Shown here: one piece after another, positions 29,817 to 37,970 of the stretch
How the letters are laid out: every line of letters begins with the position of its first letter
Position numbering within the stretch: position 1 is the first letter of the stretch
The notes under the pieces: generated by a model
What the model saw: the letters and a program-made list of their open reading frames with translations, nothing else
Told to the model about the DNA's origin: nothing
Databases searched by the model: none
Translations under genes and position numbers: made by a program
DNA from: Patescibacteria group bacterium
GTDB lineage: Bacteria; Patescibacteriota; Minisyncoccia; UBA6257; 2-01-FULL-56-20
Length of the DNA: 41,195 bases
Assembly: GCA_025054755.1 (NCBI GenBank)
Contig: JANWZH010000002.1
Coordinates: forward strand, 1-41,195
Direction of reading: 5' to 3'

Positions 29817-31268
29817 ATGAGAGATGACCTTATTGAAGAACGTTTTAAAAAAATTGAAATATTAAAAGAAGCTGGCGTAGATCCGTATCCGGCTCGTTGC
29901 AAAAAAACTCATAATATATTAGATGTAATTAAAAATTTTAATTCTTTTAAGAAAAATAAAAAGAATATTTGGCTAGCTGGAAGATTGATGAGTATTAGAG
30001 ACCAAGGCAATTTAATTTTTGCTGATTTGGTTGATGAAACTGGCAAATTTCAATTAGTTTTTAAAAAAAATAATATTTCTAATTTAAATTTTTGGAAAAA
30101 AATTTTAGATCGTGGAGATTTTATATCAGTTTATGGTTTTGTTTTTAAAACCAAAAAAAGAGAAAAAAGTTTAGAAGTAAAAAAAATTCAATTATTAACT
30201 AAAAGTTTAAGGCCATTGCCAACTGAATGGTTTGGTATTGAAGACGAAGAAATTCTTTTAAGAAGACGTTATTTAGATTTAATTTTAAATCAAGAAACAA
30301 AAAATTTATTCATTAAAAAGGCTATTTTTTGGTCAACTTTTAGAGAAGAATTAAAGAAGGCCGGATTTTTAGAGGTAGAGACGCCAGTTTTGGAACCAAT
30401 TCCAGGAGGAGCAGAAGCAGAACCATTTGTTACTCATCATAATGCTTTAGATGAAGATTTTTATTTAAGAATTTCTTTAGAATTATCTTTAAAAAAGATT
30501 TTAGTTGGTGGATTTGAAAAAGTTTTTGAAATAGGTCGTATTTTTAGAAACGAAGGAATAGATAGAGAACATCTTCAAGATTATACTCAATTAGAATTTT
30601 ATTGGGCTTATCATGATTATAACGATTTAATGAAATTTATTGAAAAAATTTATAAAATTGTTATTAAAAAAACAGTTGGCAAATTGGAAACTATTTGGAA
30701 TAATCAAAAAATTAATTGGTCTAAAAAATGGCCAAAATTGGAATATATCAAATTATTTGAAAAATATAATAAAATTAATCCATTAAAAGTTAGTAGAGAT
30801 GAATTATATAATAAAGCCATAGAACTAGGTTTAAAACCAGAAGATTATGCTGGTAAAGGAAGATTAATTGATTTAATATTTAAAAAAACTATTAGACCTA
30901 AATTAATTCAGCCTTGTTTTTTAATTAATCCACCGGTTGAAATTGAACCATTAGCTAAAAGAGTTCCTGGTAATCCAGATTTAGTTGAAAGATTTCAGGT
31001 TGTAGCTTGTGGCACAGAATTAGGGAAGGGGTTTTCGGAATTAAATGATCCAATAGATCAAAGACAAAGATTTGAAGAACAAATGAAATTAAGAGAAAAA
31101 GGAGATAAAGAAGCTCAAATGCTAGATGAAGAATTTTTAGTTGCTTTAGAATATGGAATGCCGCCTACTGCTGGATTTGGCATTTCAGAAAGATTATTTG
31201 CAGTTTTAATGAATAAATCAGTCAGAGAATGCGTTTTCTTCCCTTTAATGCGTAAGAAAAATCAATGA
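29817..31268 (+). CDS. lysS: Lysyl-tRNA synthetase, class II
   Basis: 483 aa. N-terminal OB fold (GRLMSIRDQGNLIFADL), motif 2 FRNEGID..H..DYTQLEFY and motif 3 GFGISERL. Confidence 0.93.
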   Translation: MRDDLIEERFKKIEILKEAGVDPYPARCKKTHNILDVIKNFNSFKKNKKNIWLAGRLMSIRDQGNLIFADLVDETGKFQLVFKKNNISNLNFWKKILDRGDFISVYGFVFKTKKREKSLEVKKIQLLTKSLRPLPTEWFGIEDEEILLRRRYLDLILNQETKNLFIKKAIFWSTFREELKKAGFLEVETPVLEPIPGGAEAEPFVTHHNALDEDFYLRISLELSLKKILVGGFEKVFEIGRIFRNEGIDREHLQDYTQLEFYWAYHDYNDLMKFIEKIYKIVIKKTVGKLETIWNNQKINWSKKWPKLEYIKLFEKYNKINPLKVSRDELYNKAIELGLKPEDYAGKGRLIDLIFKKTIRPKLIQPCFLINPPVEIEPLAKRVPGNPDLVERFQVVACGTELGKGFSELNDPIDQRQRFEEQMKLREKGDKEAQMLDEEFLVALEYGMPPTAGFGISERLFAVLMNKSVRECVFFPLMRKKNQ

Positions 31269-32743
31269 CTCTTTTTATAAAAAACGCTAAAATTTTAAAT
31301 ATTGATAAAAATAACAAATTAGATATTTTAATTAGTGGCAATAAAATATCAGCTATTGGTAATTTTTATAATAAAAAAGCTGATAAAATTATTGATGCTG
31401 ATGGAAGTTATGTTTCTTATGGTTTTATTGATATTTATAATGAATTAGATCATAATTTTAAAATTTTTTCTTCAGGTTTTGATATTGTTCAAGAAGGAGT
31501 TTTAAATGTTTTAATTGGTCATAGTGGAATATCGTTAGTACCAATTTTTTATTATTTTGATGGTTTTAAAAAATATTCTTCTGGTTATGGTATTAATTTA
31601 AATTGGCAAGATTTAAATCAATTTAATGATTTTTTGTATAAACAAAATAAAAATTTGAATTTTAAAACTTTGGTTGGTTTTCAAAATTTAAAACATTTAA
31701 TTTTAAGAAATAAAAATCGTAATTTAAATCAGAAAGAGTTTTTAATATTTTTAGATATCTTAAATAATATTTTAAAAAGTGAAATTTTAGGCTTATCTCT
31801 TGATTGGGAAAATATTGAATTAGAATTTTTGACCTTAAAACAATTAGAAAATATTGCTAATACTATTTCAAAAAATTCTAAAATTTTATCTATTACTTTG
31901 CCAAAAGAAAAAAATATTGAAAATATAGTTAAAATTTTAATCAATATTATATCTAAAACTAATGTTAAAATTTTATTGAATAATTATTTGGGTGGTTATT
32001 TAAATCATCAAACTAATTTAAATATTTTAAAATTATTAGAACAATTTTATCCCAATATATTTTTTACATTAAATCCTTACAAAATAGAAAATTATTTAAT
32101 TGATAAATTTTTGCCACTAAGAATTAAAAAAAATAGTTTAGAAAATATTTTAGAAATTATTTCGGATGAATGGTTTATAAAAAGAATTATAAATGAACTT
32201 CCTAATTTTAATTTAGAAGATATATTGATTTTTCAAACTGAAAACAATTTAAAGCATCATACTTTAAATAATAAACAACTTAAAGAAGTAATGAATTTAT
32301 ATGAAATTGATAATCCGAAATTGGCTTTATTAAAAATAATGTTAAATACTAAATTAAGAAGTGTTATTTTTGAAAAAAATATTGACTTTGACATTTTAAT
32401 TGATGCTTTACTTTCTAAAAATTCTTTTATTGGTTCTGGTTGGATATATTTAGATAATACTAAAAAAGTTTTTATAGATTATATTAATTTAATTTTATCT
32501 TATAAATTAATGAATTTTGATAATTTAATTCAAAAAATAACTTTATGCCCAGCAAAATTTTTAGGATTAAAAAATTATGATAATTTTCAAATAGGACGTG
32601 AGGCAGATTTAGTTGGTTTTGATATTATAAATAATGAAATTAAAATTAAATTTGTTATTTATCAAGGTAAAATTGTTATATTAAATAATAAGATTGAAAA
32701 TCAATTTCAGAAAAAGATAGAGCATGATTCTTTATTGAATTAA
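31265..32743 (+). CDS. D-aminoacylase-like amidohydrolase-superfamily protein with degenerate metal ligands
   Basis: 492 aa. The N-terminus (FIKNAKIL......ISGNKISAIGN....ADKIIDADGSYVSYGFID) and the C-terminus (PAKFLGLKN...IGREADLVGFD) match the N-acyl-D-amino-acid deacylase family. The expected HxH is IYNE and the GNCG box is GHSG. Confidence 0.55.
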   Translation: MTLFIKNAKILNIDKNNKLDILISGNKISAIGNFYNKKADKIIDADGSYVSYGFIDIYNELDHNFKIFSSGFDIVQEGVLNVLIGHSGISLVPIFYYFDGFKKYSSGYGINLNWQDLNQFNDFLYKQNKNLNFKTLVGFQNLKHLILRNKNRNLNQKEFLIFLDILNNILKSEILGLSLDWENIELEFLTLKQLENIANTISKNSKILSITLPKEKNIENIVKILINIISKTNVKILLNNYLGGYLNHQTNLNILKLLEQFYPNIFFTLNPYKIENYLIDKFLPLRIKKNSLENILEIISDEWFIKRIINELPNFNLEDILIFQTENNLKHHTLNNKQLKEVMNLYEIDNPKLALLKIMLNTKLRSVIFEKNIDFDILIDALLSKNSFIGSGWIYLDNTKKVFIDYINLILSYKLMNFDNLIQKITLCPAKFLGLKNYDNFQIGREADLVGFDIINNEIKIKFVIYQGKIVILNNKIENQFQKKIEHDSLLN

Positions 32744-32773
32744 ATTTAAAATTATGATAAATTTTAGAATACA

Positions 32774-32845
32774 GGGCGCGTAGTTCAGTGGTAGAACGCC
32801 ATTCTGATAAAATGGAGGCCGATGGTTCGATTCCATCCGCGCCCA
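32774..32845 (+). tRNA. tRNA-Ile (anticodon GAT)
   Basis: Cloverleaf: acceptor gggcgcg/cgcgccc, D-arm gttc/gaac, anticodon stem ccatt/aatgg with loop cTGATaa, T-arm gatgg-ttcgatt-ccatc. No CCA. Confidence 0.88.
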
Positions 32846-32910
32846 CAAATAGTATTGATACTATTTAATTTTGGAATATTAAAATCTTAATTTTTTATTT
32901 TTAATTTTTT

Positions 32911-32938
32911 TTGATAAAATTTAACAAATTATTATAAT
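32911..32938 (+). promoter_or_regulatory. Putative pepA promoter (TTGATA-16 nt-TATAAT)
   Basis: TTGATA at 32911-32916 and TATAAT at 32933-32938, 17 nt upstream of the ATG at 32956. Chance match possible in AT-rich DNA. Confidence 0.35.
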
Positions 32939-32955
32939 AAAAAAATAATTTTAAA

Positions 32956-34449
32956 ATGGTAATTAAGGTTTTAGAAAATTTAAATAAAGATAAAACATTG
33001 ATTTTGGTGATTAAAGAAAATGATTTAATTAAAAATCATCCATTTTGGAATTTTTTTAATATTTATGATCAAAAATATATATTAAATTTTTTAAAAAATA
33101 ATAAAATTAATTCTTCTAGTGTTTATCATTTATTTCTGCCAAGTAATCGAGAAATTGTTTTAGTTGGCGAAGTTAAAAAAGAAAAATTTAATCATAGGAA
33201 AGCTATTATTTTGGCAAGAAAAATAATTCAGCAATCTAAAAATTTAAAAAAGAAACATATAATTTTAACCCTGAATGATTTTAAAGATAATAGTTTAATA
33301 TCTGATTTAGATTTGGCAAAAATTTTAGGAATTCAATTTGAAATTGCCAATTTTGAATTTATAGAATATAAGACTTTAATCAAAAACAATTTTTTTATTG
33401 AAGAAATTCAAATTATGGTAGATAAACAATTAAATAAAGATTTAATAAATAAAGCTTTGGAATTTGGTCAAGTTATTGGTTTAGAAATTAATGAGGCAAG
33501 AAAATTATCTAACACTCCTGGTGGAGAAATGACACCTCAAAAATTAGCTGATGCTGCTAAACAAGTTGCATTAAAATCTAATATTAAAGTTAAAATTTTA
33601 AATGAAAAACAAATTAGAAAAATTGGAATGTTTGGTATTTTAGGAGTAGCTCAAGGATCAATTGAAAAACCAAAATTTATTATTATGGAATATTTTGGCG
33701 AGGGAAAAGATGAAAATCCAGTAGTTTTAGTTGGGAAGGGCGTTACTTTTGATACTGGAGGTTTAAATTTAAAACCAGCAGATGGAATGTATGAAATGCA
33801 TATGGATATGTCTGGAGGCGCTTCTGTTATCCATATTATTTCTGCATTAGCAAAGTTAAAAATTAAAAAAAATATTATTGGTTTAATTCCTGCTGTAGAA
33901 AATATGCCATCTGGATCAAGTTATAGACCAGGAGATTTATTAAAAAGTTTATCAGGTAAAACTATTGAGGTTTTAAATACTGATGCAGAAGGTAGAATTA
34001 TTTTAGCTGATGCATTAACTTATGCTCAAAAATTTTATAATCCAAGTTTAATTATTGATTTAGCTACCTTAACTGGAGCAGCAATGGTTGCATTAGGCCA
34101 ACGCGCTTCAGCTATTTTTAGTAATAATGAAGATTTAATTTATAAATTGCAAAAAGCTGGGGAAGAGGTTGGAGATTTTGTTTGGCCTTTACCTTTATGG
34201 GAAGAATATGAAAAAGATATTTTAGGTACATTTGGAGATATATCAAATGCTCCTAAAAATAGATATGGGGGAGCGATTGCTGGTGCAATGTTTTTATATC
34301 AATTTGTTAAAAATGAAAATAATGAAATTTCTTGGATTCATATTGATATTGCTCCTAGAATGACTTCAATTGATGGAGATTATTTAGCTAAAGGGTCAGT
34401 TGGGCCTGGCATAGCTTTGATATTTTGGTTTATTAATAAATTTTTGTAA
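32956..34449 (+). CDS. pepA: Leucyl aminopeptidase (M17 family)
   Basis: 497 aa. M17 catalytic-domain motifs VGKGVTFDTGG, NTDAEGRLILADAL-type NTDAEGRIILADAL, and DLATLTGA. Confidence 0.9.
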   Translation: MVIKVLENLNKDKTLILVIKENDLIKNHPFWNFFNIYDQKYILNFLKNNKINSSSVYHLFLPSNREIVLVGEVKKEKFNHRKAIILARKIIQQSKNLKKKHIILTLNDFKDNSLISDLDLAKILGIQFEIANFEFIEYKTLIKNNFFIEEIQIMVDKQLNKDLINKALEFGQVIGLEINEARKLSNTPGGEMTPQKLADAAKQVALKSNIKVKILNEKQIRKIGMFGILGVAQGSIEKPKFIIMEYFGEGKDENPVVLVGKGVTFDTGGLNLKPADGMYEMHMDMSGGASVIHIISALAKLKIKKNIIGLIPAVENMPSGSSYRPGDLLKSLSGKTIEVLNTDAEGRIILADALTYAQKFYNPSLIIDLATLTGAAMVALGQRASAIFSNNEDLIYKLQKAGEEVGDFVWPLPLWEEYEKDILGTFGDISNAPKNRYGGAIAGAMFLYQFVKNENNEISWIHIDIAPRMTSIDGDYLAKGSVGPGIALIFWFINKFL

Positions 34450-34457
34450 ATAAAAAG

Positions 34458-35033
34458 ATGATTATTGTTTTTACAGGAGATGGAAAAGGTAAAACTACAG
34501 CTTCTATTGGTCAAATGATTCGTGTAATCGGTCGAGGCAAAAACGCTTTAATGCTTCAATTTATTAAAGGTCCTTGGCGATCTGGCGAAGATGAATTTTC
34601 TGATATTTTTAATTTTTTTAAATTGAATAATTTAAAGTTAAAATATAAAAAAAATAAATTAAAAAAACTTGGTAAATTTAAAATTATTAAAGGCGGATTA
34701 GGCTTTGTTGGAATTTTAGGAGATAAACTACCTTTTAAAAAACACAAATTAGCTGCCCTGAAAACATTTGAATTATTTAAAAAAGAACTTAATAAAAATA
34801 AATGGGATTTAATTGTGCTAGATGAAATTAATGTTGCTTTAAATTTAAAATTATTAAAACTTAAAGATATTATTTCAACTATCAAAAACTTCCCCAAAGA
34901 GAAAATATTGATTTTATCAGGCAGAGGAGCTCCAAAACAATTAATTAAATTAGCTGATTTAGTTACTGAAACTAAATCTATTAAACATCCATTTGATAAG
35001 GGGATTTTAGCTAAAGTTATAGTAGAATTTTAG
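34458..35033 (+). CDS. cobO: CobA/CobO/BtuR-family ATP:cob(I)alamin adenosyltransferase homologue
   Basis: 191 aa. P-loop FTGDGKGKTTA, QFIKG, LDEIN and the C-terminal ADLVTE...KHPFDKG motifs in family order, with a Lys-rich insertion in the middle. Confidence 0.75.
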   Translation: MIIVFTGDGKGKTTASIGQMIRVIGRGKNALMLQFIKGPWRSGEDEFSDIFNFFKLNNLKLKYKKNKLKKLGKFKIIKGGLGFVGILGDKLPFKKHKLAALKTFELFKKELNKNKWDLIVLDEINVALNLKLLKLKDIISTIKNFPKEKILILSGRGAPKQLIKLADLVTETKSIKHPFDKGILAKVIVEF

Positions 35034-35061
35034 TTGACTAAATTATAAAATTGTTTATAAT
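35034..35061 (+). promoter_or_regulatory. Putative promoter (TTGACT-16 nt-TATAAT) upstream of the sigma-r4/HARE-HTH gene
   Basis: TTGACT at 35034-35039 and TATAAT at 35056-35061, 24 nt before the ATG at 35086. Confidence 0.45.
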
Positions 35062-35085
35062 TAAGTCAAGTGTTAAATTATATTT

Positions 35086-36114
35086 ATGATTTTAGTAAAT
35101 AAATTAATAGAAAAATTAATATCTGATTTAAATAATAAACAAAAAGAAGTTATTATTAAAAGGTTTGGTTTAGATAATAATAATTTTAAAACTCTTTCAG
35201 CACTAGGAAGACAATTTAATGTCACTCGTGAAAGAATTCGTCAAATTCAAAATACAGCCTTAAATTTAATTAAATTAAAAGCCCAAAATGATTTAGGCTT
35301 TCAAGAATTTATAAATCAAGCTGAAAAGATTTTAAGGAATAATGGTGGCCTAACTAGATTAGATATTTTTTTAGAAGAATTAAAAAAAATATTTAATGAT
35401 TTAAATAAAAATAATTTATTATTTTTAATCAATCTTTCTTCTAAAATTAAATTTTATGAAGAAGATAAAAATTATTACTCTTTTTATTATTTAGAAAATA
35501 GTGATTTAAAAAATATTTTTAATTTTGTAAATAAATGGATTAATTTATTAAAATCTAAAAAGAAATTGGTTTTAGATGGTGGATATCATAAGTTATTTGA
35601 TGAATTTATTAAAAAAGAAAAAGTTCCTAAAAATTTTTCAATTAATTTTATAAGTATTTCTAAAAAAATAAAAGTTAATACATATGGTGATATTGGCTTA
35701 GTAGATTGGCCAGAAATTGAACCTAAGGTTATTCGCGATAAAATTTATTTAGTTTTAAAAAAGAAAAAGCAACCAGTTCATTTTAGTCATATTAGCAAAT
35801 TAATTAGTGATGCTAATTTAAGTGTTAAACAAATTTCAACCCCAACTATTCATAATGAATTAATAAAAGATAAAAGATTTGTTTTAGTTGGTAGAGGAAT
35901 TTATGCTTTAAGAGAATGGGGCTATGATGATGGGACAGTTAAAGATATTATTATAAAGCTTCTAAAAAAAGAAGGTCCAATGAAGTCAAAAGAAATTGTT
36001 TTAGCGCTTCAAAAAGATAGATTTTTTAAGCAAAATACTATTTTAGCTAATTTGCAAAATAAGAATTATTTTAAAAGATTGTCTGATGGCACTTATAAAA
36101 TTAAAGAAGCCTAA
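35086..36114 (+). CDS. Sigma-70 region 4-like HTH protein with C-terminal HARE-HTH / winged-helix domains
   Basis: 342 aa. The N-terminus KQKEVIIKRFGL....KTLSALGRQFNVTRERIRQIQNTALNLIK is a classic sigma region 4.2 HTH. The C-terminus PVHFSHISKLI...TIHNELIKDKRFVLVGRGIYALREWGY matches the HARE-HTH pattern. No sigma region 2. Confidence 0.65.
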   Translation: MILVNKLIEKLISDLNNKQKEVIIKRFGLDNNNFKTLSALGRQFNVTRERIRQIQNTALNLIKLKAQNDLGFQEFINQAEKILRNNGGLTRLDIFLEELKKIFNDLNKNNLLFLINLSSKIKFYEEDKNYYSFYYLENSDLKNIFNFVNKWINLLKSKKKLVLDGGYHKLFDEFIKKEKVPKNFSINFISISKKIKVNTYGDIGLVDWPEIEPKVIRDKIYLVLKKKKQPVHFSHISKLISDANLSVKQISTPTIHNELIKDKRFVLVGRGIYALREWGYDDGTVKDIIIKLLKKEGPMKSKEIVLALQKDRFFKQNTILANLQNKNYFKRLSDGTYKIKEA

Positions 36115-36152
36115 TTTGTTATATTTTTGAATATGCTTTTAAAAATTAAAAA

Positions 36153-37454
36153 ATGATTTATTATGTCATAAATAGTTTTTTGAATATTTTTTTTATTTTT
36201 TTAAAATTAAGCTGGTGGTTTTGGCTATTTTTAATTTTAGTACCTTTATTTAAATCAACATTTTTGCATTGGAGACAAGAAAGATTTCGCTATGGTAAAT
36301 CTTTTAATATGATTGTTTTAGAAATTAAAATTCCTAGAGAAATTAAACAAAATCCTAAAGCAATGGAACAAATTTTAGTAGCTTTGCATTCATTACGTAA
36401 TGCTCCTGGAACTTTTAGAGAAAAATGGATTGATGGAGAAATTACGGTTTGGTTTTCTTTAGAATTAATAAGTATTGGAGGAAATATAAAATTTTTTATT
36501 CGTTGTCAGGAATCTAAAAAATCTTTAGTGGAATCAGCTTTTTATTCTTATTATCCAGAAATAGAATTGATTGAAGTTGATGATTATGTTTTGAATTTGC
36601 CTCAAAATATGATTGAAGTTGAAGATCGAGGAATGGATTTATGGGGCACAGAAATGTTTTTAGCTAAAGAAGAGGCTTATCCTATTAAAACTTATTCTGA
36701 TTTTGAATCTTCAGAAGAAACAAAACAATATGACCCAATATCTTCTTTTTTAGAATTTTTTGGCAAGATTCAAAAAGAAGAATTTTTGGGTTTGCAATTT
36801 ATTCTTGCTCCAGCTGCTCCTGATTGGAATAAAAAATATGAAAAATTAGTAGAAGATTTAAAAAAGAATAAATCATCTAATTCAAATAGTCCAGATCAAA
36901 ATGCCCCGCAATCTTATAACCGAACACCAAAAGAAATAGATGTTTTAAAAAAGGTTGAAGAAAACTTATCAAAACTAGCATTTAATACTTTAATTAGATT
37001 TATATATTTATCTCCAAAACCAATTTTTAATAATGCTTATGCGAGAATAGGTTTAAATAGTTCATTTAATCAATATTCTTCCATAGAATTAAATTCGTTT
37101 AAAGCAAATAAAGAAGTTACTACCGGGGCAAAAATTTGGGATCCTCCATATATTTTCCCTCAAAAAAGAAGTTGGTATCGTAAGGCGGTTTTTTTGAATG
37201 ATTATATTCAAAGAAATTGTCCCCCAGAAACCTTTATGGGTAAATTAATTACTTCTTATATTTTTAGATTGAATTTTGGTTCTAAAAGATTCTTAATGAC
37301 AACTCAATGTTTAGCAACGTTGTTTCATCCACCGACTTCTTTAGTTTTATTAAACGAAACACATATAGAGAAAATTCAAAGTCGTAAAGTTGGCCCGCCG
37401 CCTAATCTTGCTATTTTTGGAGAAGAAAAAGATATTGAAAAATTTTATGAATAA
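36153..37454 (+). CDS. Membrane-anchored hypothetical protein (gene 1 of a three-gene ATPase module)
   Basis: 433 aa. N-terminal hydrophobic segments (aa 1-35 or so), then a large domain with no catalytic motif I recognise. The C-terminus carries PPPNLAIFG. The stop overlaps the next start by 8 nt. Confidence 0.7.
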   Translation: MIYYVINSFLNIFFIFLKLSWWFWLFLILVPLFKSTFLHWRQERFRYGKSFNMIVLEIKIPREIKQNPKAMEQILVALHSLRNAPGTFREKWIDGEITVWFSLELISIGGNIKFFIRCQESKKSLVESAFYSYYPEIELIEVDDYVLNLPQNMIEVEDRGMDLWGTEMFLAKEEAYPIKTYSDFESSEETKQYDPISSFLEFFGKIQKEEFLGLQFILAPAAPDWNKKYEKLVEDLKKNKSSNSNSPDQNAPQSYNRTPKEIDVLKKVEENLSKLAFNTLIRFIYLSPKPIFNNAYARIGLNSSFNQYSSIELNSFKANKEVTTGAKIWDPPYIFPQKRSWYRKAVFLNDYIQRNCPPETFMGKLITSYIFRLNFGSKRFLMTTQCLATLFHPPTSLVLLNETHIEKIQSRKVGPPPNLAIFGEEKDIEKFYE

Positions 37455-37959
37455 TCGAATTGATTTACAAATTATTTTTGGAAAATTTTTTGATTTATAT
37501 AATTTAGTAAGTTGGATTTTTATTATTTTAGATTTAATATTAATTTTTGGTTTTGCATTTTCTTTTTATCAAGCTTGGAAATTTAGGCCTAAAATTGTTT
37601 CTAAAAGAATGAAAACTCCAATAGTAAGTTTGCAAAAAGAAATTTATCGTGCTAAGTGGTTTGATATAATAAATAAGTTTGAGGTTGGTACTTTAGAAGC
37701 TATGAAAATAGCATTAATTCAATCAGATAATTTAGTAGATTTAATTTTAAAAGATTTAAAAATTAAGGGTCAAACACTAAGTGAAAAATTATCTAAAATT
37801 CATCCTGAAAGCTTAGAATCTTTAAAAGATTTATGGGAAGCTCATCATATAGTGGGTGATATTATACAAAATCCAAATTATGATTTAAATAAAGAAGATG
37901 CTCAAAAAATTTTAAGTTATTATGAAAGATTTTTAAAAGAAATTGGAGTTATTATTTAA
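37447..37959 (+). CDS. Small single-TM helical protein (gene 2 of the module)
   Basis: ORF track 37390..37959. The first ATG, at 37447, gives 170 aa with one TM helix (VSWIFIILDLILIFGFAFSFY) and a helical soluble domain containing LWEAHHIVGDI. Confidence 0.65.
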   Translation: MNNRIDLQIIFGKFFDLYNLVSWIFIILDLILIFGFAFSFYQAWKFRPKIVSKRMKTPIVSLQKEIYRAKWFDIINKFEVGTLEAMKIALIQSDNLVDLILKDLKIKGQTLSEKLSKIHPESLESLKDLWEAHHIVGDIIQNPNYDLNKEDAQKILSYYERFLKEIGVII

Positions 37960-37970
37960 TAAATTTTAAA

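Noticed and set aside
24373-31268. Possible alternative genetic code (UGA as Gly, code 25, as in Gracilibacteria/SR1)
   Set aside because: TGA terminates conserved genes at their expected lengths: the YqeY-like gene at 24373-24375, ftsA at 26000-26002, ftsZ at 27461-27463 right after the conserved C-terminal peptide, and lysS at 31266-31268. No conserved ORF appears truncated by an in-frame TGA, so the standard code 11 fits.
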